Below are positions 1 through 12,829 of a stretch of DNA of 64,000 bases, piece after piece. The stretch's first letter is position 1; each line of letters starts with the position of its first letter. A program made the position numbers and the translations under genes. Under the pieces are notes generated by a model. It worked only from the letters and a program-made list of their open reading frames with translations, was not told the origin of the DNA and made no database searches. The stretch is from positions 45,756,001 through 45,820,000 of the forward strand of contig NC_073385.1 in assembly GCF_028641065.1 (NCBI RefSeq), written 5' to 3'. The DNA is from Leucoraja erinacea (lineage: Eukaryota).

Positions 1-608
1 AGACATGCTGCAAAACTATATCTTCTTCTATCAACTCCACCCCAAACTAATTTTATGTAATTCTTTAATAATCATATGCCTGAGTTGAAAATAAACAAGA
101 ATTGGATTTGCACTAATTGAATTAAGTGGCAGTGATTTATTCTAGAAAACCAAAAGGAAATTAAGGATGGAATGCAATGAATTATGTAATTGCTCTCATG
201 TTAATATTATTTATATGAATAATAGCTCTTATAGCTCATATATAAATAGCTCTAATGCAGAAACTCTGCATCAGCATACATTCTAGCATCAGAAATCATA
301 TATGCACATATGCATTCACTAGCAGCATAAAAAATGCTTAGTCTTCTATAGAACATGAGTCATTCTTTCTTGCTTATAACAGGAGATGCTGAGACCTATC
401 TAGTGTGACTCTTTTCAGACAGCAATGTGCAGTTACAATTTTAGATTACTCTCTGATTTATATAATCCACAATATGTCATCGAGCCATCTTTGAAAATGT
501 GTTTTAAATTATTTTACCTTGTTGCATTCATATTTCCAATAGTTGAAGAACGTGTAAAACGGTTACTTCTTGCACAAGTTTATAGGAATGTTCTAAAAAT
601 ACATAGTA

Positions 609-1643
609 TAGCGATGTTACAAAACTTACCTTCAGCGGGGCTGCAGTTCTGCCACTGACCGTGTGCGCGACTTTGGCGCCTTTGAGGGGGGGGTTTAAAA
701 TGCCGTTTTCTCCTGCCTGTTGGAGGCGAACTTCCTCGGGCTGCCAGCTGCTGCAGAACAATCGACCGGACTTCCGTTCTCGATATGTTTTTTTTTTAAA
801 TCGCGGGACAATTTAATCACTGGATTAAAATAAAAAGCTACTTCTAACGCATTCAATGCCTACAACGTGATGGATCTCAAGTAGGGGACACAACATGGGA
901 TAAGTCCTCTATTTTACATATAAACTTGTTTTTTGGGATGACTTTAATCAAAATTTCCTTGGTGAAAATTTGATTTTGGCCCCACACAAACCGGCAGTGT
1001 TTTTCCTGCCAATATGGGGTTCAAATTCACTGCAACCGCAACGTTCCAATCGATCACATTCCACAAAAACCTGCAAGATGATTTAAATGCCTATTAATTT
1101 ACGGGAATTAAACATTAAATCCCTTCCATTTGGCCTAAATATTCATGACAATGAGATTTAAAAATCATGTTATATTGTGAATTCTTGTGTGAATGTTATT
1201 TGGACACTTAGGCTATTTTAAAATGTTAACCTTTTCTTAAGAAATGGATAGATGTTTAGATCTAGTAATTGAATTTTGTAATTAGCTACAATTAGGTAAC
1301 TAACTAATTATATGCTTTAATTTCAGGTCATCCAAGTAAGATTGTTTCATATTTGTTTCAGAATGCTTCAATCTATAATAACTGAACATTTCATTCAGTT
1401 CTCTTCGTTTTTAAGAAAGTTATTGGCTTTTGACTGTCCTTGATCACAGCTTTTGAGTTAAGTCAATGGAAAAGCAATAGGGAACAAGATGCTAATTTCA
1501 GAGTATGAAAATGACTATAACCTTTTTAATACTTAAGATATGAAAGTGAATTAGGTGTCAAATTAAACTTCTTTTTATGCTTTATCTGATGGGATAAATT
1601 GCAGACTTGATTTTTAAAATATCAAAATGTTGTAACATTGCTA
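609..1643. mobile_element. Non-autonomous TIR DNA transposon (~1.03 kb)
   Basis: TIRs tagcgatgttacaa / ttgtaacattgcta, flanked by direct repeat catagta (602-608, 1644-1650); no transposase ORF. Confidence 0.75.
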
Positions 1644-2506
1644 CATAGTAGAATTCACACTGGGAATGAGTGAACAAAAACATTTTATACTTTGGAAGAA
1701 CAAAACAAAGATTTTGCACGTATACAATGTCATTCATTTTAAATTATGAAATGTAATCAAAATTTGAACATATTTGATGAACATTTTGAGAAATGTCATA
1801 ATTTCTCTAAACTAAAAATAGACATTCTAGTGCATCAAATATTTTCAAATATGTTTTTATAAATAAACATTTACAGAATGAAGCAGCTGCTATGTGAAAA
1901 AGATATACCTTGACAAAGGATTGGCCATCTAGGAATTGTATACTGTATCTAGTGTCTCCAGAACTCTAATTTGATTTTGTTATCTTAGTGCAACAATTTC
2001 CAGCAAGTTGATCAAATGTTGGACAATTGTGTCATCATATTTGAAAACCTTTAATATAATCATACATATCATTGAACAAACTGAAGCTGTGTATATATTT
2101 TGAAATGCAAGAAATGCAGATATGCTCAGTTGGAACACAAATGAGAAATGCTCAGCTTTGCTTGACCTTACTTTTCTGGTGACATTTTTGAATTAATTGA
2201 TTATTTATTATAGGCTTGATTGTTATTACAGAGATGCAAAAATAATACCAAAATGACTAATTCTTGTATTTTTTTAATCTCATGCAGAATAACAGAAGAA
2301 CAAATGTGGCATCATACTGTGTAAATAAAAAGTTTAAAAGAACACGAGGAATTTTTAGATCGTACTGTCACTATGGCAACAGATGTAAGTGCTAAGAAAT
2401 TGAACATTTTTGTAATGTTGGTTCCCCTTAAGGTAGAAGACGAGGCATTTTGGAATACATCTTTCAATTGAATAATGTAGCAAGGTCCATTCTCAAATAT
2501 TAAATG

Positions 2507-2694
2507 CTTAAGAAGGAACTGCAGATGCTGGAAAATCGAAGGTACACAAAAAAGTTGGAGAAACTCAGCGGGTGCAGCAGCATCTATGGAGCGAAGGAAA
2601 TAGGCAACATTTCGGGCCGAAACCCTTCGTTGCCTATTTCTTTCGCTCCACAGATGCTGCTGCACCGCTGAGTTTCTCCAGCTTTTTTGTGTAC
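2507..2694. mobile_element. Penelope-like pseudo-LTR inserted as an inverted (hairpin) pair
   Basis: Arms ~2540-2611 and ~2629-2696 are reverse complements; 15-bp TSD ctcaaatattaaatg (2492-2506, 2695-2709); same sequence as the Penelope 3' tails elsewhere in the window. Confidence 0.75.
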
Positions 2695-3712
2695 CTCAAA
2701 TATTAAATGTTGCTCTTCAGCAGTATGCATTTTCACCCTAGCTGGGATTAGTGATTTTGTATCAACTTGTCCAGCCTAATTCTGTGTGGGTCACCTGTCT
2801 GAAGATCACTGAACACTGCATCCATACAACTACTAGGGAGGGAACGTTGTATTTCATTGGTTTAAGTTATATTTGCATTCATTTGTAAGGAAAGATACAT
2901 GATTAATATGCAAAACAATCTGTGCTACATAAATAGATTTGGCATTCATTTTTCATCTTTTAATATATTATTTAATTAAAAGTATGCCATTCATATAAAA
3001 TAGTTATAAAACTTTAAAAAATGAGGTATTTTAACAGCGAATGCATATAATTATAAGATTTTGTGGCAATATCAATTGTGATGTTAAGTTTGAGCAATTT
3101 TGAAATTAAATTACTTGAAGTGCAATGACCTTCATCCCTCATCAGCTATGCAAAAAAAAAATTGACCATAGCATGGAAGTCCACAGTATAGTTTCTTAAG
3201 AAGCAGTATCTTGACTTGCTTCATCTCCAGTTTTGTGGGTTCCGAGTTGATGGATGAAGCCAATATGGAAACAATAGTGTCTTCCATAGAAGAGACATGA
3301 GGTGCCCGAGGGTGGGTGGATGTGTAGTTTGATAAGTGGAGCATTCCTCCATTGCTTCCAATGGATGGTCTTGAGGATTTCAATACCATCCCATATGTTA
3401 TTTCTCCATAATGAATGGTCATTGAGTCTCAAGGAATCAGTGGAGATGTGTGTTGATATATTTGCTTCTAGTGTTCATAATTCTCTGATACTATAAGGTA
3501 TTCTTTATTTCCCGCCATTTGGATATATGATGCTCAAGTTATTTCTATGCTTTTCAAGAACCATTGGGTAGCCATTCATTGGAAAATATATGAGAGGGAA
3601 GGTTTCATGCCTATTTGATTTATCTGCCTAGGGAAAGTTGTATTTGCTGGTCATCCCTTACCCATTTGATCACAGGATACCATGACAACACCATGATAAA
3701 TAAAAAGCAGAA

Positions 3713-4810
3713 TCTATCTATACTATTACTAAAACTCTCATCTTGACCACATCCGGTTTGCATTGTTTATAAATTTGTGCAAAAACGGTACCGTATATTT
3801 TTTCGCTACCTTACTTACCTATCTCCTCTGCTCCAAGCGCACCAAGTTTTGTTCTGATCAGTGGAATATTACAAAAGTTATGAAGGTTAAAATAATCGTG
3901 AGATAAGCAGATTGGTCTTCTTGCCTGCCAGGAAGGTAATGCCCCTTCCGGGGGTAAGGAGAATAAAGCCCCGGAGGCCGGGCGTGAGTCAGTCAGCCCG
4001 GAAGCTGTGAGTGAGACTGAATCCAGAACTGTGAGTCCACAAGCCGTTAGTGAGTGAACTGTGAGTCCACAAGCTGTGTGAATGAACTATGAGTCCACAA
4101 GCCGTGAGTAAGTGAACTGTGAGTCCACAAGCTGTGAGTGAGTGAACTGTGAGCCCACAAGCCGTGAGTGAACTGTTGGTTCACAAGCCGTGAGTGAGTG
4201 AACTGTGAGTCCGCAAGCCGTGGCTGATTGAACTGTGAGTCCGCAAGCCGTGGCTGATTGAACTGTGAGTCCGCAAGCCGTGGCTGAGTGAACTGTGAGT
4301 CCGCAAGCCGTGGCAGAGTGAACTGTGAGTCTGCAAGCCGTGGCTGAGTGAACTGTGAGTCCGCAAGCCGTGAGTGAGTGAACTGTGAGTCCACAAACCC
4401 CCACCTGAAATCTCCCCATCCCCAGCTGCAGGACTGGCCCAAGAATCCATTCGGCCCATAATGTCCATACTAGCCCTCCAAAATGCCAACCCCCTCCCCT
4501 ACCGGCCCCCACAGCCCCGTCTGAAGCTGTGCCCCTCCCCAGGCTGCAGGACGCTCCCCCGCCGGCCCCTGACGACCCCCGCCTGAAGCCGCCCCCCCCC
4601 CTGGCTGCAGAACGCAACAAGAGACGCAACAAGAAAGAATGGACTGAATAAACCTCTTCTTTAACATTTAAATTGTTATATTTTAAGAATTATTCATATT
4701 TTAAGCTTTAATAAATCCCTTTTCAACTTGCCATGCAAGTCAACTGCACCTGCGCAGTAATACCTGCGTGTTCTATGTCACAATGGGAACCCAATGGGAG
4801 GGGATAGTTA
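3713..4810 (+). mobile_element. Non-autonomous Helitron-like element with internal minisatellite
   Basis: 5' end TCTATCTATACTATTACTAAAACTCTCATCTTG resembles the minus-strand end at ~29550-29580; 3770-3900 is related in inverted orientation to 8470-8610; 3' end degenerate. Confidence 0.55.
4005..4397. repeat. Minisatellite, ~30-bp unit (gtgagtgaactgtgagtccrcaagcc), ~13 copies
   Basis: Tandem units read directly; they produce the repetitive ORFs at 4047-4632. Confidence 0.92.
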
Positions 4811-5429
4811 ATTAATAAACTGACAGTAAGGAAACATAACATAAATGACCATAATATGAGTTGAGCACCAAATTTGAGAAAACGCTCACACTCAAGTGTA
4901 ATTTGAGTAATTGGAGCAAGTCAATTTTTAAGCTGTTAAGACGTAACCCTTTGTTGAAACTGTGGTGCTGTAGATATTCAAACATATATTTTGTACAATA
5001 TAATGCAAATACATATCCTAAAGGTCAAAAATTCTATCGACAGTTAAACAACCGTGGTTCATGTGGGAGGTAAGATGAAGTATTAAGCTAAAGGAAGTGA
5101 CTTACACAAACACCCACAAATGTGGTCATCTAAAGGATTAAGAAATATACAAAAAGGCAAAGTGAAACAAAGAAAACATTCAGAGCTACAAGAGGGAATA
5201 GGGCTGAAAACTTGCAAATATTATGAAGTCTAATCAGAAATTATTTAAAAATTACTAAGGACATGTACCTTATTGGTATAAACATTGTTGATCATAGATT
5301 TATTAAAAAGATTACTTTGTATACATTTTCATGACATAGGATGAGGACACAATACCTATTATTATTGAAACATTCTAATAAAAATACAGAATTCTCTTTT
5401 TGTATTTTAATTATTTTTTACTGTGTCAA

Positions 5430-6460
5430 TGGTCCTCACCCTTCACCCTACTCGCATTCGCATCCAACACATTATTCTCTGACATTTCCACCACCTTCAA
5501 CTGGATCCCACCACCAACCACATCTTCCCATCCCCACCCCTTTCTGTTTTTCGCAGAAATCACTCCCTCCGCAACTTGATTCACTCATATCTTCCCACCT
5601 AAACAATCCCCTCCCCAGTTACTTTTCCCTGCGACTACAGATCTAACACCTGTTCCTAGACCTCCTCCCTCACATTCATCCAGGGACCCCAGCAGTCCTT
5701 CCGGACGAGACAGAGGTTCACGTGCACCTCTTTTAACTTCATCTACTACATCCGGTGTCTTCGATGTGGCCTCCTTTATATCAGCGAGACCAAAAGTAGA
5801 CTTGGCGGCCATTTCACCAAGCACTTCCATCTAGTCCGCCAAGGTGTACTGGATCTCCCGGTTGCTAACCATTTTAACTCAACTTCCCATTCCCACACAG
5901 AACCTTCTGTCCTAGGCCTTCTCCACAGCCAGAGTGAGGCCACACGCAAACTGGAGGAACAGTACCTCATATTCCACTTTGGAAGCTTACAACCAAAGGG
6001 TTTGAACATTGAATTTTCTCATTTTAGGTAAATAACCTTAACTCCCCCCCCCCCCCCCCCCCCCCCCCCATTTCCACTCCCTCTTCCTTGTACCCCATCT
6101 GGACTAGCACCCATTTCTCCCCTCCCCTGCTCCTTTCTATTCCACCGATATTCCATCCTCTAGTTTCACAATTCGCAAATTTACTATCCTTACTTCACAC
6201 CCTTTGTCGTTTCATCTCTTGCCTTTGTCCAACCATCTGCTGATGGAATATCCACTCATCTGTATCCACCTATCACTCTCCAGGCTTTGTCCTGCCCCTC
6301 CTCCTTTCCAGCTTTCTAACTTCCCCCCACCTTCACAATTAGTCTGTAGAAGAGTCCCGATCTGAAACGTCACCTATCCATGTTCTCCAGTGATGCTGAG
6401 TTACCCCATTACTCTGTGTTTTGTTTATGAACCAGCATCTGCAGTTACTTGTTTCTCCTT
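5430..6460 (+). mobile_element. Penelope-like retroelement 3' fragment (GIY-YIG endonuclease + pseudo-LTR), degenerate
   Basis: ctcctttatatcagcgagaccaaaagtagacttggc (LYI.ETK.RLG), DLPVANHFNS and KLEEQYLIFHFGSLQP motifs, followed by the shared tail. Confidence 0.8.
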
Positions 6461-7019
6461 TAAAATTTAAAAACATATTACAAATGCTGCCATTTCAGTA
6501 GACCATTTAGGGAGGATGGTCCATTCTTATAACTTTTTGGCCATGCCATAAGAGTAAGCTTTTTGTAGCCAGATCCTCAGAACTGACCAAGGAACAATGA
6601 AAAAGAAAAAGAGGGAAACAGGAACTGGTCAAACACACAATACTTAAATCGTGCAGGTGATTAACACAAAACATTGCTAGATACTTTAAACACATGTCAA
6701 ATTCTCAGAGGGGATATGAGAAATAAATAATTGTCAGATAGACAGTCTAGAATGTCAAAATTCCAATGCCCCTCCCTCCCTCTCTCTGTCTCTGTACTGC
6801 AACCTTTCTGATCTATTCTATTGATTCTTTAATCTACACTCCTCTGAACTTTATTCTTAACGTGTTACAGAATACAATCTGCATCATAAATATCTGCTGT
6901 GTTTAAATGAAGATTTCACAGGCGTCTTATGTTTTACATGCATTTTGAATTGAAAGCAAGTCTCACTCAATCTTATCTTTTCAACAATGTTCACACTTTT
7001 AACAACCAAGCATATCGTT

Positions 7020-7280
7020 CTCACCTGGCTACAGCTAACAATGACTTGTTTCCCTTAACATTGTTACTTTTTTGCATATCTTTCATTCATTTGTTCTATC
7101 TCTCTACATCTTTGTCTATATTTCTCGTTTCCCTTTCCCATGACTTTCAGTCTGAAGAAGGGTCTTGACGCTGAAACATCACCCATTCCTTCTCTCCAGA
7201 GATGCTGCCTGTCCCGCTGAGTTACTCCAGCATTTTGTGTCTATCTTCGTTTTAAATCAGCATCTGCAGTTCCTTCCTAC
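7020..7280 (+). mobile_element. Penelope-like 3' tail / pseudo-LTR
   Basis: cagtctgaagaagggtc...gaaacatcacccattccttctctccagagatgctgcc...cagcatctgcagttcct. Confidence 0.75.
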
Positions 7281-7430
7281 ACATATCTCTCACTCTCATC
7301 TTTCATTTTTTCAACCACAACAGCACCAGATATCACAAGTCTCAAACTTTTAACATTGGTCTTTAATATGTTAAAAATAAATTAAATTTGTATTATTCAA
7401 ATAATAAATGAGGGAACCAAATATAAAATA

Positions 7431-8612
7431 CTAGACTAAGTGGGACCCGTTGGGTCCCTGTCACACAGGAGGCTTGGTCACCCAACGCAATATTCCATCA
7501 CTCACCCATAGCCCCCAACTGCACAGGCGCAGCTCATTTTCCCTCATCCCTAGCACTCGCCCCCCCCTCCCCCCACCCTCCCCTCCCCCAATCGCTCCCT
7601 CACCTTTCTCCCTCTCCTTTCCCCTACCCTTAGTCACTCCCTCCCTCCATAACTCCTCTCCTCTCCCTACCACCCTCCTATCCCTCTATCCGCCACCTCC
7701 CCATTCCTCACCTCCCCCTATCCCACCCACTATCTCTCCTCACCTTCCCCACTGCCCTCCTCTCCCTCTATTCCTCACTCCTCTCCCTCTATTCTCCCTT
7801 CATCCCCACTCTCCTTCCTAACCTCCTCCCTCTTCTTTTCCCTCTCCTCCTACGCTCCCCCAATCCCTCCCTCACTTTTCCTTTCCCCTACCCTCAGTCA
7901 CTTCCGCCATAACTCCTCTCCCCTCCCTACTCTTCTCCTCCCCCACTCTCCCTCCCCAGGATCTCAAGGTTGCCGCTCCTCTCCCTTCTTGCATGCCCTG
8001 GAGGAGCATCAGTCATTGGCGTCCTTAGAGCCAGGCCTCGGATCGGCCTGGAAACACCAGCAGCTATGGAGTGTGGGCGGGAGGGGAGACCTCACAGAAA
8101 AGATGGGGGAAGAGCAATGGGGCAGAGGGGGGTATCACGGGGGAGGGGGACAGGAGCCAGCGAGGGGGACCAGAGGGGAAGGGGCTGGAGCTGCGGTGTA
8201 TTTGGGCCTCATAGCAGGCGCTGGATGCTGTCCTCTGCCGAGATCAGATTGTCCGCTTTCCATTTGTCGACCTCTCGGGCCGGGCCGGGACGCCTCCGTG
8301 CCCTCCGAAAATTGTGCCCGGTTGGAGACTTTTGCCGGCCACCAACAGCATTACTCAGCTCCAGTAAAGACACGATGGCACAGGAAGGGGCGGACCGTCC
8401 CGAGGAGTGACAGGAGAAGAGACTATTCCGAGCGGCGCTGACTGCCAGGAGAGGAGATCAATCTGCGGTTTTTAAGATTTTTAAACCTCGCTAACTTTTA
8501 CAATTTACCACCGATCGGAATGATCGGAAACTTGGTGCACTGCAGCACAGGAGAACGGTGAGTAAGCCGGCGAAATATCGTAGCGCTATCGCATACCGTT
8601 TTTGCACAAATC
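7431..8612 (-). mobile_element. Non-autonomous Helitron
   Basis: Minus-strand 3' end has hairpin gggacccaacgggtccc followed by ...agtCTAG|t; purine/pyrimidine-rich interior; 5' part related to 3770-3900. Confidence 0.65.
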
Positions 8613-8639
8613 GAAAACATAGAGGAGGCTAGAATGTAG

Positions 8640-8890
8640 CGCCGTGGCGCAGTGGTAGAGTCGCTGCCTTACAGCGCCAGTGACCCGGGTTCGATCCTGA
8701 CTATGGGTGCTGTCTGTATGAAGTTTGAAAATTCTCCCTGTGACTATTTTTCTCCAGGTGCTCCGATTTCCAAGGTTGTAGGTTTATTGGCTTTAGTAAA
8801 TTGCCCCAAGTGCGTAGAGCTAGTGTATGGTGATCGTGGTCAGTGTGGAATCAGTGGGCAGAAGGGCCTGTTTCTATGCTGTATCACTAA
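8640..8890 (+). mobile_element. tRNA-derived SINE (HE1 / V-SINE type)
   Basis: A-box tggcgcagtgg, B-box ggttcgatcc, V-domain-like body, CR1-like tail gaagggcctgtttc. Confidence 0.8.
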
Positions 8891-8899
8891 AGCAACATC

Positions 8900-9530
8900 G
8901 AGAGTACCAAATGCTATAGACGAGGCTGGAGGAGATGCACCTGAATCTGTCTCACCTGGAAGGGCTGGATGGTGGTGAGGGTGGAGGTGTAGGGACAGGT
9001 TTCAGGGGAAAGTGCTTGTGGAGGGTGATGAAACCAGGGAGTCATGGAAAGAGTGGCTCCTGTAGAAAGGGATGGAGAGGGGAAGATGTCACAGCCAGTG
9101 GGATCACATAGTGGCTGAAGAATGATATGTTGAATGTGAAGGCCTATTGGAATGAAAGATGAAGATCAGTGTTTCTCTACCCCCTATTGTCTTGGGGGTT
9201 GGTGGGGTGAGTGCAGATGTGCAGGAAACGGAGGAGATGCGGGTGAATGCACCATTAATCACAGTAGGGTGGGGGAAGCCCCAGTCATGAAGAAAGAGGG
9301 CATCTCTGATGTCCTGGAATGCGAGACCTCATCTTGAGAACAGATGTGGTGGAGGCGGAGAAACTTAGAGAAAGGAATGGCATTGCTACAAGGGGCGGAA
9401 TAGCACAGTGTGGATAACTGTGGAGCAATAGATTAGTAATAAATGTCAATAGATAGTTTTTCTCCTGAGACAGAGAAAGGGGAGAGAGATGTCAGAAATA
9501 GTCCAAGTAAATTTGAGGGTAAGGTGGAAG
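8900..9530 (-). mobile_element. Penelope-like fragment, degenerate
   Basis: Reverse complement resembles 48765-49150 and 5430-5750. Confidence 0.6.
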
Positions 9531-10050
9531 TTAAGAAGTTGACATTCGACTTAGTTTCTGTAGTTAAAAAAAATCCTCTGTTAGACAAGGAACTAATGAT
9601 GCAGGGAACCGAAAGGAAGAACCCACATCCTTTGTAAAAAAAACCACATTGCTTATCAAATTACAGATGTATTTATTGTCGTTGAGAAATGTATTTTCCT
9701 ATTACCTTCAAAATATGATAATTTCAGAACTCAATTTGCAAATTAAAACCAAACAAACCATTTCTGATTCAAAATACTTGTGCCGTACTCTTAAAGCTTT
9801 TGGGTAGAGTGCTAAGGGGTGGAATTAAACAGAAAATATTAGCCCATGATCGTGTTGAGTCTTTTACAGTGGCTCTCATACAAGTTGATGTCAAATTGGT
9901 CCACATAAATAAAATCACCAAGAATCAAAATAATGTTTATTGTCATATATCCCGTAACAGAACAATGAAATTCTTACTTGCAGCGACGCAACAGATATGT
10001 AAATATAGTAATCAGTAGACACCATAATAAACAAAAAGACGTTCAATATA

Positions 10051-10792
10051 TAGGGTGATTTCACGAAAGGTCACTGGAGCGTAGATCCGCACCCACGTGA
10101 CCGAAAATCTCAACTGGAGTACATGTTATACATCGGTATATGTTAGTGAATGGGAAAACACGCATTTTCCCACCCGTTAAAAACATGGAAAACGGCCGAT
10201 ATTTGAGCTGATATTTTCTGTGATAGTCGGGGTGACCGTGAAGCACAGCGACCTACATTTTCAGGCATAAAAAAAGATAGAAAGTAAGGTAATTACAAGA
10301 GGGAACTGAAGGTGGAAAAACAGCGGAAGTGAACAGCGGACATTTGCCATGGAGATTTAAAGATCCAAAATATCGGGAATTATTGCGTTTACTCGCTGAA
10401 TTTCATCAAAAGTAAGTTAATAATGCCTTACTTTTGATGAAATTCAGCGAGCAAACGCGATAATTCCCGATATTTTGGATCTTTAAATCTCCACGGCAAA
10501 TGTCTGCTAAGCACTTCCGCTGGATTGGCACCTTCCGTTCCCTCTTGTAATTACCTTACTTTCTATCTTTTTTTTTGCCTGAAAATTTAGGTCGCTGTGC
10601 TTCACGGTCACCCCGACTAGCACAGAAAATTTCAGCTCAAATATCGGCCGTTTTCCATGTTTTTAACGGGTGGGAAAGTGCGTGTTTTCCCATTCACTAA
10701 CATGTACCGATGTATAACATGTACTCCAGTTGAGATTTTCGGTCACATGGGTGCGGATCTACGCTCCAGTGACCTTTCGTGAAATCACTCTA
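10051..10792. mobile_element. 742-bp foldback MITE / near-perfect palindrome
   Basis: tagggtgatttcacgaaaggtcactggagc... mirrored by ...gctccagtgacctttcgtgaaatcactcta; loop ~10 nt near 10417-10426; TA/TATA at both flanks. Confidence 0.9.
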
Positions 10793-10898
10793 TAAAAAAC
10801 AAACAATACAGTGCAAAGACGAAAACAATATGCCATCCCCCCACGTCCCCATTGCAGTCAATGAAGTTTGTAGTTCAGAGTTTAGTTCTTGTATTGGA

Positions 10899-11666
10899 CA
10901 ATAGACAATAGGTGCAGGAGTAGGCCATTCGGCCCTTCGAGCCAGCATGCTTACATTCACTGTGATCATGGCTGATCATCCACAATCAGTACCCCGTTCC
11001 CGCCTTCTCCCCATATCCCTTCACTCTGCTATCTTTAAGAGCTCTATCTAACTCTCTCTTGAAAGCATCCAGAGAATTCCACAGATTCACAACTCTCTTG
11101 GTGAAAAAGTTTTTCCTCGTCTCCATTCTAAATGGCCCTTATTCTTAAATTGTGATCCCTGGTTCTGGACCCCCCCAGCAACGGGAACATGTTTCCTGCC
11201 TCTAGTGTGTCAGATCCTTTAATAATCTTATGTTTTAATAAGGTATCCTCTCATCCTTCTAAATTCCAGTGTATACAAGCCCAGTCGCTCCATTCTTTCA
11301 ACATATGACAGTCCCGCCATCCCGGGAATTAACCTCCTGAACCTATGCCGCACTCCCTCAATAGCAAGAATGTCCTTCCTCAAATTTGGGGACTAAAACT
11401 GCACACAATACTCTAGGTGTGGTCTCACCAAGGCCCTGCACAACTGCAGAAGGACCTCTTTGCTCCTATACTCAACTCTTGTTATGCCATTAGCTTTCTT
11501 CAACGCCTGCTGCACCTGCATGCTTACTTTCAGTGACTGATGAACAAGGACACCCAGATCTCGTTGTACTTCCCCTTTTCCTAACTTGACACCATTCAAA
11601 TAATAATCTGCCTTCCTGTTCTTACCCCCAAAGTGGATAACCTCACATTTATCCACATTAAACTGT
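10899..11666 (-). mobile_element. CR1-type LINE 3' fragment
   Basis: ORF2 C-terminus DKCEVIHFG...RPHLEYCVQF, plus tail cctactcctgcacctattgtctattg on the minus strand. Confidence 0.92.
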
Positions 11667-12685
11667 AAGAAAAATAGTTGTTTTAAATAGAGAGCATATG
11701 CGAAAGGTATAAAATCTGCACGGTATTTCTTATTATTGCCACGTGTACCGAGGTACAGGGAATAGCTTTAGTTTGAGTGCCATGCAGTCTGAGCAAAAAC
11801 AATACTTGAATACAGTGCAAGAAGGGTACAACATTCAGTGGAAGATGGTTGTATTTGAGGACAAATTCACTCAAAATACAGACTACTTGCACGGAATGTT
11901 GTAATTTAAAGAAACAGCGTGTAGATTCTACTTTGTGTTTGAGGCTGTCTGAAGAGCTTTCTGCTAATGCTGCTGCCCACAGGCTCTTGCAGCCAAATAG
12001 CATAGAGCGCGTCGCTGATCTTTGCTTGCAGCAGCCGGGCTTTCCCTGCTCCGCGATGGAACGCTCAGCCGCCTCACCGCCCAATGCCTGCCTGTAAAGC
12101 ACTGCGCGCTCTCGGTGGGAAAGAGGGAAAGAACTACTTCCCCGCCGTTGAAGAGAAAGAGCAAGGGAGGGTGTAATTAATCATTGATTAACTGCAAACA
12201 TATTGCAAAGAGCGAGGGAGTGGAAAGAGAGTGTAGGAAACATAGGGCAATCAGTTTTTAAGAGTTGTTGTAGGAGAGGTGGAGGGATACGGATCAACCA
12301 GGGTGCGTGGGGCGGCCGTTGCTTCCGCCCGACCCCGGACCACAGCACAGCGGTTCCCCCCCCCCCCCCAACGCCCCTCCCCCCCCCCCAACGCCCCTCC
12401 CCCCCCCCCCCCCCCCTGGAGCCCCTCCCCCCTGTGCGCCCCTCCCCCTCCCAGAGCGCCCCTCCCCCTCCTGACGCCCCTCCCCCCCCTGGGCGCCCCC
12501 CCCTCCCGGCGCCCCCTCCAACCCCCCCCCCCCCCCCTCACCTCTGGACAACTGAGCGGGATGGAGCTACGGAGCGGAGCGGTGGCAGCGGACAGGCCGG
12601 GGTTAGGCCGTTGAAGACAGGCCACGAGTGCCGACCGCCCCCCCCCCCCCCTTCCCCTACCCTTCCCTCCCCTCCCGACGGTGCG

Positions 12686-12826
12686 ATGAGGATGCCGGCG
12701 GCCGAGGCGCTGCCCGGCCCGCGACGGGAGGCGGGGGAGCGGCGGCCGCAGTATGAAGAGGTGGCCGTCGTGTGGGGCCGGCAGATGCTGCTGTGGATTA
12801 ACGTGGCCATGATCGCAAGTCGCTGA
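12686..12826 (+). other. Candidate 46-aa upstream ORF, in frame with SPRED1 and stopping 3 nt before its ATG
   Basis: ATG at 12686 reads MRMPAAEALP...NVAMIASR then TGA AAG ATG; four in-frame ATGs. Whether it is transcribed is unknown. Confidence 0.45.
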
Positions 12827-12829
12827 AAG

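Noticed and set aside
2289-2385. Possible exon (ag...|gtaagt) with one open frame
   Set aside because: No recognisable protein similarity and no partner exons; could be chance or a lncRNA exon.
3130-3620. Short ORFs suggesting a coding relic
   Set aside because: Only vague resemblance to an ancient LINE; no motif strong enough to call.
4005-4397. CRISPR-like array
   Set aside because: Units are contiguous with no unique spacers, there are no cas genes, and the context is vertebrate; it is a minisatellite.
8641-8705. tRNA gene
   Set aside because: It continues into a SINE body and tail and has no proper acceptor stem.
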